NCBI GenBank assembly: GCA_973895155.1
Contig: OZ316895.1
Coordinates: 12,159,929 to 12,223,928, forward strand
Reading direction: 5' to 3'
Origin: Marsupella aquatica
Lineage: Eukaryota; Plantae; Marchantiophyta
DNA length: 64,000 bases
Shown here: positions 13,701 to 27,309 of the stretch, in pieces
Layout: each line of letters begins with the position of its first letter
How positions within the stretch are numbered: position 1 is the first letter of the stretch
The notes under the pieces: model-generated
Database searches by the model: none
What the model saw: only the letters and a program-made list of their open reading frames with translations
Told to the model about the DNA's origin: nothing
Position numbers and translations under genes: made by a program

Positions 13701-15362
13701 GATGTAACGAGCTTGCAGCCACTATTACTAGATTCACGAAGGTAAAGAGCAAAGCATCGTTTTCCTGGCAGCTGTAAAGGGGGTTGTGATAAAAATCGTC
13801 TTTCCGGGGACCCAGCGAAAATTTGACACAAGTACTGACTACACGATAGGGCGGTTACGACAACCAAACTCAACTATTGTGAGGAATCTGAGGGCCCGCC
13901 CGTCGCCAATAGTGATGGAAACTGATCTAGTTGAACGGCTCTGGAATTGACACAGTTCTTTCAGTCATGCGGCTTTCGTCTCTGGACTGACCGTTCATCC
14001 TGAATCCGTGGAATCCATGCGTGGTTAAGGTGTGTCCTAGAGGTTTGCTACGATACACGCGGACGTCGGAAGCGAAAGACGAAGTGGACAAGGTACCAAA
14101 CAACTATCGCCGATCTCACGCGGCCTTCCATCAAAAACCATCCACATAATCTGCAGAACACTCTGATGACTTCAAACTCATGTCTGGGTCGATCCGTGTA
14201 ATGCACTCTTGCAGTTTCTCCCATTCACATTGTCTTCACGGCCTGTAACAAATATTGACCATGAAACGTTGCTCTGTCCCCATTTTCAGGACCAAGAGAT
14301 ATCAATTGCATTGGAAGGAGTAACACGTGATTGACAGCACAGGAGAAGGCCTGAGCCTCAACTGCAAGCACAGCAGGTACGTGAATGTTCGTTCACGTAT
14401 ACATTGAGTCTCATCCTCATTCTAGGATGACCATCATGTTCTCTACATCTTCACTTAACCATTCACATGTCCAAATTTAGTTGGATTCAAAAATATACTA
14501 TTCTGCCATCAACTTCCCGATTTTTCCGGTTTACATCTACATAGAGTTCAAATTCTGTTTTGTTCAAATGTTTGTGAGCATTGCCGAAACTTAGTTTAGG
14601 AATTCCGCAATTATCTAAATTACTAACTCAGTAAGACGACAAGACTTACTTGAAAAACAACAGTGGTTCCTTTTCCCTCACAATAAAGTGTGACCACTTG
14701 TCTGAACGTCAGACCTAATACTCAGACACGGCAACTACCGACTCCTTCAAATCTCAACCTCGTTTTGTTTTCAGGAACAGTTCTTCAGTCTTCTTTATCT
14801 CCTTAATTAATAGGGAACAGATCTTCAATCTCCTTTATTAATTTCAAAGATATCAAACTGATTTTTTTCCTCTAACAGATTTTCTATCTCCCTTATTAAT
14901 TCAAAGATCTCAAACCGGTTTTTGAACTTAAGAACAACAGCTATCATATCTACGACCTATTTGCAAGCTGGAACAGGATCCTTTGGTGACTTGTTCATAC
15001 TGTGTAGTTGTGGATGTTGTGCCAGGAATCTGGAATTTCTGCCTTAATCTGTACACGCGAAAGGTTGCAACATCAGCACTCATACCTCAGCAGGTATGGT
15101 TGGCTGAATACCTGGTTATGGTATCCCTTGAGGTTATTTCGGCATTTGGACCACACCACGCATACACTCCATCATTCGACTTATCTGTGCACAATCTGCA
15201 TGCCTCTGGGAGCCATGCAGAAGGACAGCAGCCCAGATCCTGGAATGTAAGACTGGAACCAACCTCAGATACTGAAGATCACATAATTTGACAATAATCT
15301 TCGACTGATGCTTTGTTTCCGCTCTCCAGAAGAAACTCATGTCGCGTTTCGAAAGTTTGTCA

Positions 15363-17790
15363 CTAGTCGGTTTTTTCATGGCCAACTTTCTGTTGATAAT
15401 CTCTTAGAAGCTCTCGACCGAAATCCATGAGCTCCCATATATCTAGTTTCCCAGCCATGGCATTACATTCCCTCAATATCTCGTCCACTCCACTGCACTT
15501 CTCTATTATAAACCTTCTTTGCTGCAAGACGGCAGCAGCTATAGTGAACAAAAGGAAGTCTTTGGATGCGGGCAACATTCGTTTGCCATCCTTACTATCA
15601 GATAACAAGTTGCTACTTTTCATTCTAAGTGCCGCCCAATCAGCCCAAATCACCTCCCACAAACAGACTGTTTGTTCAAAAGTGAGCTCCCTCCGTAGAA
15701 GGACGACTATCATACGATACACAAAAAAGCAGTCTTCAGCTTGGATTTTCAGCAAATGCTCATAGAACTGTGGATCTGAAACCTTGAAGATCTTAGCCAC
15801 CAGCTGCAACTGTCTCCGAATGCCAGTTTCATCCATACGAAAATTATCCTTTGCCCTCTTCATGAATTGCACGTAACAACAAAATGCCTGAGAGTCTGAC
15901 TCCATCAGAGCTACAAATGGGGAAAGCAGGTCACTCATCCCTTGACAGTACCCAGTTTCTGGATCATACAAGGCATAGGCTTCCAAAATTGCAACCAGGC
16001 GCGCAGCATGATGTGTCCTGCTGGCCTCTAGATGGCCATGATCTTGTATCCCAACCTCATTTGCGCGTCTATCAGCCTCCTCTTCTGTCACATTTGCTTG
16101 TACAGCCGAATAAGGTACCCATTCCGCATTCATACGTACGGCATCCAGGCGAATGATTCTGAGCCAGTCCCTAAACTCCTCTAGTGCCTTGCGTCCCCTT
16201 TTCAAGAAACTGTCAACCATGGGATTTTTCGAAGGTTCATCACCCAGCACCATTTCGGATTTGGGTGTAGTTGGAGTATCATCCCCTTTCTCACTGTCTG
16301 TCCTTGTAGGCGAATCAGTGCCATCTGGTGCGGCCTTCTCTTCTGACATTGACGCCAACACCTCAGCCTCGTTTACTTTCTCAAACGAGCCCGAGTCATC
16401 TTTTTCTAAGCTCCGGATTTTCAACTCGGTGGCAACATGTTCTCTCAACACATCACACTGCCTCCTCAGTTCGTCAAACTCCTCCCTGAAAGTAGAAACA
16501 GGAAATGTTAAGGTGAATTTACAGATAAACCTCGGCCTTGGTGCAAATAAGAATTGATCCCTATAACCATAGTCTTAAATAACGCTGGCTTAAAGTATAA
16601 GGATTTCCCGGCTACCAATAGTTTGTACCAAGACAGATACGAGCAGTTTATCAATTCAACAAGCAAAAGCATTTCGCACAGAAATCCAGATAAAATGTCT
16701 TCATCTATTGCTCACAGCAAACTACTTCGGCAGTGACCAAGGATAAAATATACTTGTGTACAAAGTCTGCTGCTGCTCTTTCTGCTTCCGTGCTGTTAAG
16801 TTCATATCTGCAAGAAAGGACCAGCACGAAGAATTAAACGATAGTTGGAGCAGCGCAAAATTGTGAGCAGTTGAGAAGAAATTGATGTAAGGACCTTGAA
16901 GCACTTTCATAAGCTCTGAACATCAGAATCGTTGACACCCACCCTCTGACATAAGGACTCAAACAAGCCACTCAAAGGAGGATAAATATTTTAGGATCTT
17001 TTCATTTGATTGAGTATTAAAGAAAGTAGTAGGGGAAGGAATTTAAATTAAGCACATGCAATCATGGTGGAGGATTGCTTACAATCCTAGTAAGAAGGGC
17101 CACACGTCTGCCCGAATGGTTATGTCAATTCCCTGTCACAGGTATCAGACACAGGGTATTTGCATGAACTCATTGAACACTGTCCAAAATGGCAGCTAGA
17201 CTCCATCATTCGATCGTTCAACCATAGACTCAACCACAATGAAGATCCACCGAACGAAACACCGCAAAAATCATAGCAAAGAGTCCAATTTCCTGATTTT
17301 AAATTCCAGTACATGTTAGGGTGAAGCCCAACAAAATCGTACCCCTCTCCGAGCTATGCCAATGACTCTTTCCGGATCCCCCAGTCGACCTTCTCTTGAT
17401 TCGAAAGATTCAAGCCACTGCTGTCTTGTTAAGGGATAATGCTTCCTTTTGCGAACCCAGGGAGGTTTCCTGCTTCCCACAGGCAAACGAGGCACTCAGG
17501 GTTGCAACACGACGATCAATTCGCACCGAAAAAAGGAAAGACAGCTTCAGAGGCAGCATCCTCTACATTTTCATGATTCAATCTCCCTAACCAGTTTTGA
17601 GTGCTTACGCGTCGCTCAAGTAGATCGCAATACCACCGGTGACAGCTGCGGCCACAGCGACGCCCACAACAACGGCGGCTGCTCCATAATGCACATGGCT
17701 CATGTTCGACGGCATGTGAAGGAATTGCGCTACATCATTAATTGCCCTCAAAACTTGTCCGACAACCAGCCCTAAAGCTTCCTCCGACAT
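15363..17790 (-). CDS. TBC-domain Rab GTPase-activating protein (RabGAP22-like), 5 exons
   Basis: Exon 1 MSEEALGL...hydrophobic AAAVVVGVAVAAAVTGGIAIYL (17790-17609); exon 2 KPPWVRKRK...QQWLESF; exon 3 GIDITIRADVWPFLLG; exon 4 YELNSTEAER. The last exon has the Arg finger IIRLDAVR, the Gln finger YCQGMSDLLSPF and FFVYRMIVVLLRREL...LWEVIWAD. Confidence 0.92.
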
Positions 17791-20700
17791 CAGTCTAAAA
17801 GTCAACAGTGAGTGGCTTCAAATACCAGAGCAGATCTAAGCTCCGCGGCCATTTTCAGCCCGATTGCCAAGAAAGAGTGCGCACAGAGGCCGTCTCTTCC
17901 TTGCCTACTTCCGAAAACGAACCCTGCCAAACTACACCCGCACAGGCTACTCAATTTCCCTTCCCGAGTTCCTCCTGCCACGAACTTCCTGCCGTCGAAT
18001 GCGCACCAGACAGTACTATGAATCAAAGAGTGGAATTCCCAAATGGCCGTATCAACCGATCAACGAAGCATGGCTCGTGCACCGGAGTGCGAGCGAGCGA
18101 GCGAGCGAGCGAGGGAGGGAGAAAGCAGCTGCCTCGTACTACTGTTTCGCGAGGCCGCCCTCAAAGAGATGAGTCGTCAACCGATAGAGGGGCGCTACGC
18201 AACGTCTACTGTAGATACTTGTGTTGGATTTGGCGTTGGAATGCACTTAGTGAAACAATCAATAAAAATGCCAGTGACCAAAGGGGTTTGGTCACAAAGG
18301 CCGAACTACTCTTATAATTTGTGACTTGTGAGTGATTAGTTATTGTTACAAATACATGAATGTTTCATCAGTATAGTGATCACTCTAGCGAGGGGAAGGT
18401 CTCGGGTTCAAAACTCGGGTCCCTAAAATGCTTTGACCCGGATTTGACTCGCAATAGTACAAAAACATGATAAGTTGGGGTTGCATTTAAATTTGAGAAA
18501 AATTAATAAATACAAGGACAAGATAATTAATTATAATATGATACCTCAAAATAATATAAGCTTGAAATAGAATACATGCAAGTTTTTATTTGATAGAGAA
18601 ATAAATGTATCAAAACCTAAATGTATCTAAAAGACTAACCTAAATTAACCCTAAAGCGTCCACTACCTAATCTGAAATAAATCATAAAGAATTTAGTCTT
18701 TTTCTCCTCTCATCGTCAACCTTTCGTTGACGTATATACAAACCAGCATCTAAAGAATGAACACGCTCGTAGGCAAAATATTTCTCAAATACTATATTGC
18801 ACAACTTTTTTACGCGTGACACCGCTACATAGTTGAGTCCAATTGCAAATTCTGAACTGCTCAAATCAAGTAATGTTTTTTCAACAGTTGCACCTTGCGC
18901 CTTGTGAACTGTTATAGCATCTGCAAGAACCAAAGGAAATGGTTTCCTCGATAATGATTTCCATCCATGTGATGTCTCTTTCTCCCATGTGGCCACAGAT
19001 GGAGGCATTGGAACCAATGGTATTCCGTTTGTAGTATGCCAACATGTAGGGCCTTTATAACTTTTTATAGCTACAAAAATGATATTGGGCAAATTGCTAG
19101 CGGCATCCAAAGGATCCAACCATACAAGATCATGCACAACCCCAGTATTTCCATTCACAAGACCCTCTTGTACCCAAAGATTTTGGATCAACATGACATT
19201 GGATCCTTTAGATAAGAGTATTTTGGTCACAAGACCTGATCCGGCATCATCTACACTACCTTTCAAGGCATCGCTACCTCCTGTTGGATGATCGGCAACC
19301 AAAATCTTGACAGGAAAACCACTATCTTTGAGAACAAATTCGTTGTAGGTTACAACATTTTTTCGTCTTGGATAGATCCGAATAGCATCTTTCATCTCCT
19401 CCAATTCTTCTTGTGCTAATTTTAAGTGCCCATTACAATCCACTTTAAATCGTGTCGCCATCAACTCCCAATCTTCAAGCATGCAACATCGATCGTGCAA
19501 TCTTAGTAATAAGTCTCTAAACTTTATCTGTTCTTGATCATTGCCTCCTTGGCGCATCACTATTGATAAGATGGTGGAAACCTCAAATGAAAAATATGCT
19601 AATTTTCCTTGCAATGTTTGATCAAGTGCATCTCCACCTAAATTGGATAGGTCCCCAAATAGAGGAGTATCTCCCACTGGAGGAAGTTGCCCAAAATCTC
19701 CAAATAATAGAACAGAAATCTCACCAAAAAATTCTTCTGAGGAGCTAGGAAATGCTTGTCGTAGGCGTGAATCTATTTTTGCAAGTGATTTTAATCCTAT
19801 CATGGATTTTTCATCAATAATTATCAAATATTGTATATGCTTCCAACGCTTTTGCAATCATAAGAGTGCAAGTCCTTTCAAAGCCTCAAATTTTTGCATC
19901 GGTCTTATCGATAGGGTTGAATGATAGGTTTGTCTTTTAATGGCACGAGCTACAACCCCTGTGAGTGCAATTCTGATCCATGCGGATGGCAAGCCCGGAT
20001 ATTTGTGTTGAGCTATACCATGCAAAATAGCACCAATCAAGAAAGATTTTCCCGTTCCACCAATACCATCAATATTGAGTTGCAATGGTGTAGTGCATTT
20101 TGTAACAAAATGATTTATGAAGCAAACATAAATTTTATTTTGCTCATCTGTCAATAGAGACACCTCAAAGTTGGGATCAATGTCATCAACAATAGAGTCG
20201 CCAGCCAATTTGCATTGATCTTGGATAAAAGTTGAAGCATCTTTTAAATTAGGATAGTCAAATGAAGTGGCTCCCCAATCATAATTGATATCAAGATCTC
20301 ATTTTCCTAGATTGTTGTTTTCAACATTGGAGCAAACCATATCATTCATATTTTGAATTCCCATCTACGCATGCAACATTCCTCTGGATAGAAGATTTTT
20401 GCTTTCGTCATCCGAGACATCTTTGCTGTCAGACTCTTCTTCTGTAGCCTCAATCTCAGTATGTGCACATTCATCTAAGCAGTCTAACACTTGATGATTG
20501 TGATGAGCCTTGCATTCCTCAAATGCTTCAATCCAAGTCATGCAACCTTCTCTATGAGAATGCTTTAGAAGGTCTTCCATCCTTCGAAATGGATGATGCA
20601 ACAACATTTTTTCACGACACCAATCCGCATACAACGGCGATTGTGGATCCCATGAAGATTGTGGATAGATTTTTAGCACTCTGCTTTTGCCTCTAGTACA

Positions 20701-21316
20701 CATAGTGTAAGCCCATTTATTCTCTCTATCTCGTTGAGTTACTCTGGTGAAATCACGATAGATTTCAGCAAAAGACTCATCACCTAATACGGATGCCCTC
20801 TCCATATAATATTCCAAGGGGGTACCAAATCCCTGCTTGATTCTGACCTTCAATATTTACTTCCACATGTTGTTCATCAATAGATCTCATATCAATCGTT
20901 TGCACATCACGGCTTGAGTTGAATAAGTTGATCGAAAGCAAATGATGACAAACTTCTTGTGCAGAATAATCTCTTTCTCCTATCATTTTGTTCAACACTT
21001 GTGTCACACCATCCCTACCTCGTGCTTTGGGGGACATATTGGAAAATACCCTCCGCACAACATCAACATATGAATCTGTTTTGTATTCAGGTTTTGAAAC
21101 GTACTTTGAAATATACATCAAAATAAATCGCAAAGTTGTTACTGGTTTAAAATCAATGTTTTCTCGCCATCCCAATACCATCAATGTATTGAAGGAATTC
21201 AAGAGAGGTTGATTGCGTACCGGCTCAAATTTCCAATTGTTTCTCTCAGTTTTAACCATTGTTGCTTCGATTCTCAATTCTTTTGGAAATTCGAATCTAC
21301 AATGAAGCTCACGTGA

Positions 21317-23709
21317 TGTGACGCCAATGACATGGTCCTTATTCTGTAATCTGATTAAGTAGGTTGCTGTATGCAAGGAGTAGCTATTGATATTGCATAA
21401 CAATTAGCAAAATGGCAAGAATAAGGGCAATCATGGCATTAAGAGTAGGGAAATAAAAGTTATGTTACGGGTGGTCGATGACCATATCTCTTTCAATATG
21501 TCACCAAATCCGGATCTGTAAAGAGCATTGGAAAGATCTGGTCAAGGCGAGTAAAATCAATATAAAACACTTGAGAAACGGAGGTGTATTAAGGAAGATA
21601 CGACCTGATTAGTGTGACGGGTTAACTTGTGGCCGGAATTAGCGGATTCGGCTTCAGTTTCGGGTTAACCCAAGCTCGGCCACGGCTTAGCTCAGGTAAG
21701 CACGGCTTCAGCTTAGCTCAGGTCAGCACAGCTTCAGTTTAGGCTTAACCCAGGTTCGGATTAGATTGATCCCGGGTTAGACTGAACTTGGGTTAGCCTA
21801 AACTCGGGCTCGGGTTAGCATAGGCAAGCTCGAGTTTGGGCTCAGCTTAGCCTAGGTTAGCGGATAGTGGGTAGCGGCCTAACCCAAGACCACGGGTTAG
21901 CTCTACTCGGGTTAGATAGGATAGCTAGGTTAGCCAAACTTGGGTTAGCTATGTAACTTGGGTTAGCATAGTAGTGAGTACCCCTCTCGGTTGCGGGGGC
22001 ATAACTCTCTGTATATTTGACCAAATCGGCTATAATTGACCTCGTTGGAAAGAGGAGCTCAAGCCGCTTCCAACGCTGCTATCCACGCAGCAAATGGTTC
22101 AATAGAGAAATTGGGAGAGGAGGCGCAAGCTCGCAAAAACCATGGAGGAGGGCCAAATCCGAAGTACATAGCCAATTCAAGATAGAAATAAAGTTGCGAG
22201 TTAGGGTTCAGTAGTTAGAGATAGTGGGGGCTCTGTTAGGGCTGGGATGGGGCTCCAGCAGCATAGTATCCACCCATTTGGGCTCAGTATGAGAGTATAT
22301 AGAGCAGCCCCCCGGTAGAGGCAAGGGGGGGAACTTCAGTTGTGTGATCTCACGTAGACTGAGATGCAGGGAGGAGCTCTGTGCAAGGAAGGTTGGGCTT
22401 GGAAGCTGTGTGTTGGGGAGAGCTTGGTTGTGCTATTACTCAGGGAGTAATTAGCCACGCTTCACAACAATAGTTGGCCAGGTTTGCAAGCTGGATTGTG
22501 GCTCTTTCTAGTAGGCAACACAACTGGGTTCTTTTCCCCCGATACAGAGCCTTGGTGATAGGTGATGTGTTGGTGATTGTAAACTGTGGGGAGGATTTCA
22601 ATGTGATTTGCGGTGAGCACATTAGGAAGGCTGAGACACTGATTGAGGGGCAGCAGGAGAAGCATTTACAATTCAGTCTGGCAAGGCTATGTGATCCATG
22701 GGGAGTCCCGGCCTTTGTCTGGTAGAGAGCACTAAGGGATTTATGGCCAGAGCTGAGCTTGCAGGGCAAGCGTGAGGCCGAGCCTCATTGCAGTCTGGGA
22801 TAGATCGTCGTTAGGCCTGGTACCAGCTTTGAAGTCGAGTCAACTATGCATCCGTAACTTGACGTTCTGAATTGGAGGTGTGAGATCTGTATGTGCCCCC
22901 AAGAATGAAGTGCATTGAAGGAGGTTGAGTTCAGGATTGAGTTTGCAAGGCAAGTACGGGATTGGTTCGAGTCCAATCTGCCATTGCAATCTGGAGTGAG
23001 CCGAGCTCAGGTTCAGGATTGAGCTTGCATGGCAAGCACGGGGCTTGCGGGGCAAGCACGTTGCAATCTGGAGGAGACAACCTTCAGGCCTAGTGTTTGG
23101 ATCAAGTGTTCTCAGTGAACTATTGTGCACATCTTTGATCTAATTGAGTTTTCCCCTCAGGCCTCATTTCTCTCATGGATGTGTGTGTGAGGCAATCTGA
23201 GTGTATGATGGGACCAGCAGCGCCACTGATGAGAGGTGTACCGGGTGCATTGAAGTGGGTTGGGCGAGGGTTGTCATAACTCTGATTGCTGAGAGTGGAA
23301 TGGCAGAGTGGTGGGGCAATGGCTTAGAAGTCCCTAAGCCGGGAATCAGTCAGGAGTCACTGGTTTATGGGTACATTCCGGCGGCGGAATAGAAATATAC
23401 CTATGACAGTAAGCATGCGTATAGACATATGCGCACCGTAGCGCTAGGCCCTGTGTGTACGGGCCCGATATGAAGACCCCTTCTCACCAGAACTATCATG
23501 AGCACAGGATTTGATTCCCAACCTTGGTTCTTAGGGATTGAGCTTGGGTGATGTGTGACAGAGTCTTGCTATGATAGTCTGGTGTTAAGGGCATAAATTG
23601 GTGTTTACCGGCCTTCACAACATCCCTTCGTGATCCTCAGGTACAAGGAGATGGTTTTGGCACCCATAGTGACGTTTTTGGTGTTAAGACCCATGTCAAT
23701 CGCGTGACA
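21317..23709. mobile_element. Solo LTR (2393 bp) inserted in the Helitron Rep gene
   Basis: Termini TGTGACGC...GCGTGACA, perfect 5 bp TSD CGTGA (21312-21316 / 23710-23714). Excision restores the Rep frame RRKEKSRELHCRFEFP. No gag/pol coding inside; TATA-like TATATA at ~22296. Confidence 0.85.
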
Positions 23710-25345
23710 CGTGATTTTTCCTTCCGTCGTAGACAATACCTAGGAGAACATATTCTGTGTTGTTGCACTCTATTAAGCATTTCAGCTAGCTCACGCTTGG
23801 TATCTTTTAGTGTATCGAGCTCTCGAGCAGAAGGATGGATGATAGCTGCTTCCAAGTTAGGGCAAGGATTTTCTACAAAAAAACTTGCAGAAAAATCATC
23901 TTTCCAATACTCCATGAATCTTTTTGCATCTTCTTCTTTTGAAAAATCAAGAGCATTTGAATCTTGAATGGGATCTCTTGGAAGCCATTGAAATCCATGA
24001 ATATGTCCACTACCTCTTCCTTGTCATTCAAATCGATACCAATAATCAATTGTTAACCATTTTTTCTTCATCACCAACTAAAAAAACAACTTGAATCTTT
24101 TATTCAAGTACCAAGCTACTATGTGAGGGTTTTCCACCAAATTTTGTATCTGAATTTGAGCTTTGCGTGATTCTATGTCATCTTGTGCGTATTGTATGGG
24201 CATAAAGCATTGTAGATCAGACCATTGATGGTCTACAGCACTAATTGTAATAAAGATATGTGGACAGCCCACCTCTGGGACTTGCACCATTGTAAGTAAA
24301 TCAGATCGCACGTTTGACCAATATGGTCGTGTTCCTCGAATATTTTTTCCATGATGTACTATCTCTCGTGCCATAGTTGCTTCGTTGCTTTCAAATTGCC
24401 TCATCAAATCTTCCACCGTGATTTGTACTTCATTTTGATGACGACACTTAGCATAGAATGCTCCATTGGTTTTTGCTTGCCATCTAAATATAGAGTTGGC
24501 AGCAAACCATCAAAATTAAGGATGTTGTGCAAAATGGGGATCTTGTAATCGCATGAGATGTTTGAAATACTCATGGGCATTCACATTATGTGTCCGTTGA
24601 GATTTTAGATCACACTTGCCATCTGGAATTTATAGTGTAGGGAAAGCGTCAATGATATATGGAGAATCCCCAAACTCATTCAATCGTTGTGATCTCAATA
24701 TTGGCATAGACAATGAATCACTTTGTTGGTCTTCCTGAAATCTTGTTTGTGTGCGGTCTTCCTCCGTGATTCTTGAACCAAGATTGGGAACCATGCAATC
24801 TCTTACAAGCAAAGCTGGTTGCAATGCACAATCATTCAATATTTCATTATCAATGTTGTCATCCATACCATTGATGATTACTTCAGTCTCCTCAATGCTC
24901 CTTAATCTATCAGGCACACATGCATCATTCGATAGAAGATTTAAAGATTCTTGCGAGATTGTGATCCACCCATCAGCATTTTGTCTAAATGAAGGATGAT
25001 GCTCCAAAAGATATGTCAACCAAGCCAAAATAGCACCCCGATGCACCCTAAACTCATGATTCAAGGGAAGTGCAACCTCTGCTGCATTTTCTTCTCCAAC
25101 TCGGCCTCTAGGTTTAAGAAGAATGATATCAAGATCACTGGGAAGTAATGGTAAAACACTAAAAAACTTGGACCAATCTTGGAATAAATTGAAAATATGC
25201 GAACTATAAGCATATTGTAACCCTCTCACTTTTTGCAATTGCATCACAACATGCACCGGAGATATGCATTGTTCCTCTAATTGAGTCAACTTTGGTAGCT
25301 CCACACCTATGGGCAAACCACATGGTCGCATTTCATTCTCAGCAC

Positions 25346-25640
25346 CTCAGGGGTTTCACTTCCACAAAAATGGCATATCACGTGCGACGAAGGATAGGGT
25401 CATTTTATTGGTTCTAAGAGAAGACTTAAGAATTTTTGTAGAAGAACAATAGGGTCTTTTAAATTCAATTTTGAGACTTATAAGAACATCAGGGTCTTTT
25501 TAATCCAATTTTTAGAATATTCCAAGAATATTCTAACTTTATAGGGGTTAAAAATTAAAAAAATTCTTACATTTTAGGGGGTCCGAGGCCTAAAAACGTC
25601 GCAGGCGATGGGGAGGTCCCCATATAGTGAGACCCCCGAG
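25346..25640. mobile_element. Non-autonomous TIR element (MITE, 295 bp) with 8 bp TSD
   Basis: TIRs CTCAGGGGTTTCACT / AGTGAGACCCCCGAG (13/15 match); TSD CTCAGCAC (25338-25345) / CTCAACAC (25641-25648). Excision restores the Helitron frame KKYSAENEMRP. Confidence 0.85.
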
Positions 25641-27009
25641 CTCAACACTATACTTCTTTACTTCATTCAATTTGGTATCTTTCTGACAACGCATGCACCC
25701 ATAGATGCCCTCTTTCTCCTTCCCATCAATCTCAAACCATCGTTCACAAATTGGGCAATACTCTATTTCAATTTTTGTATTGCCTTGCGAAAGCAAAGCA
25801 ACAATGCACGGTCCTTTTTGCACAGCACTGGCTCATCTAATAGCCCCGGGCTAATGGCCCTTCCAACATCTCTTCATTCCCATGCTCACACTCTGGCAAA
25901 ACAAACTCATTCTCAAATAGAGTTCCCAGATTTTGCAGATCCTCCTCTTCAATGTGATGCTTCTTTTTTCTATATCGTTCCCTCCTCTTGGCCAAACATT
26001 GTTTACAAGATACCCGACCATCATCAAAAGTATGCAATGTTTTTACTTGTCTACAAGAAACACATTTCTTTGTACTGGAGTCTTGTTCTTCTCCTTCAAC
26101 CATCTCTATTGCACATGGAGAGCAATGGTCACGTGGAGAGCAATGGTCACGTGCAATACATAGTGAGTCTCTTTCATGGGGCATGTCAATGTGCCTCACA
26201 TTGCCATGTTCAAGAGCACTCTCATTTATTGCAAGAATTTCTTCTCGCCCAACATTGTTTATGATTTGAATATCATCGAACACCAATCTGAGTCGTACAT
26301 CTTCAACTCGCCTTGATACACTTGATGAACCTATATTCATTGCACTTGGATGGCCTCTTCTCTCCAAAATTGGTGAAAGATCCATCATGACCCCCAAACC
26401 ATGATTGATTCTTACATCTTGCACCGGGTCTTGCACCACAGTATCCTCTGGGATAGTGATAATTGGTGTTCTCCGCCATTTGGAATATTCATTTCTCATG
26501 CGTCCTGGGCTTGCAGCTTCAACACAAACATAACAAGAATCCCTTGGGAATTGAAATTCATCCCTTGGTTTCTCATGTTTTCCGAGTTTGCATCACAACA
26601 AACTGTCATGTGTCCATCCTTTACAATCACTACAAATATTTTTTTTACTCTCACCACCTTCACAAAAATGGGCAAGTGTTCTGTTCAACAAGCATTGTAT
26701 GCATCAAGAACACTCAATTAAGTATATCACCAACAAAAAAGAGGACTTCGCATCCAAATGTACTAGATTAAGTGACTATAGGCAGGTTTGTAGCAAATGA
26801 CTAGGTTATTGCTACCACCGGCTAATGCAAACACGCACTAGTCTAAGAGAATACGATAGAAAACTATCTATGAACGACCCTAATGATCGAGCGCGTCCCT
26901 CCACAACCACCTAGGAAAATGGTAGGTTGCAAGCAACGCCTATGGCGCTGCTTGCCCCAGCAAATGCCTATGAGGTCGCTTTGGGCAAATAAAGGCAAAA
27001 GAATAAGCA

Positions 27010-27070
27010 AGGAGAAGAGAAGAGAAGAGAAGAGAAGAGAAGAGAAGAGAAGAGAAGAGAATGAAGAGAG
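27010..27070. repeat. (AGAAG)n purine microsatellite
   Basis: Direct reading of the AGAAGAGAAG tract. Confidence 0.8.
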
Positions 27071-27309
27071 ACTCTCACTTTTATGCTAATCATCTCTAAG
27101 TTCCTAATTAATGTCATACCTAACTTCATTAGCTACTAATTAATCTTATACCTAACCTAATTAAAAGCACACCCACCCATTCTTCTAGAATTACTCAAAT
27201 AAAAATCTATATATATGTTGAAAAATGAGTGAGAAATCTAGAAAAGGAATAAAGCAGTTTTTTATGTTGACCCCCTCTTGCAAGAAAAAGGAAAGATTTA
27301 GAAATTGAT

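Larger units (their letters stand above)
18682..26499 (-). pseudogene. Helitron Rep/PIF1-helicase (RepHel) pseudogene
   Basis: In 5'->3' order: Cys clusters (CVSC...CKQC; CPIC...CMRC), KKYSAENEMRP + DUF6570-like LPKLTQLEE...RGAILAWLTYL, Helitron_like_N GTRPYW...PHIFITIS, HUH motif YRFE*QGRGSGHIHG (~23985-24045), Y2 motif YISKYVSK, Walker A GIGGTGKS, DEKSMIG, GDFGQLPPV, AITVHKAQG, YVAVSRV. Several stops and frameshifts plus two insertions. Confidence 0.9.
18385..27290 (-). mobile_element. Helitron-family rolling-circle transposon (decayed; termini tentative)
   Basis: Contains a fragmented RepHel ORF; imperfect hairpin at ~18403-18451 and CTAG at 18385-18388 near the 3' end; copia sequence starts abruptly at ~27290. 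Confidence 0.7.

Noticed and set aside
18365-18425. tRNA or SINE (A-box-like AGTATAGTG, B-box-like GGTTCAAAAC)
   Set aside because: No cloverleaf or tail; better explained as the Helitron terminal region.
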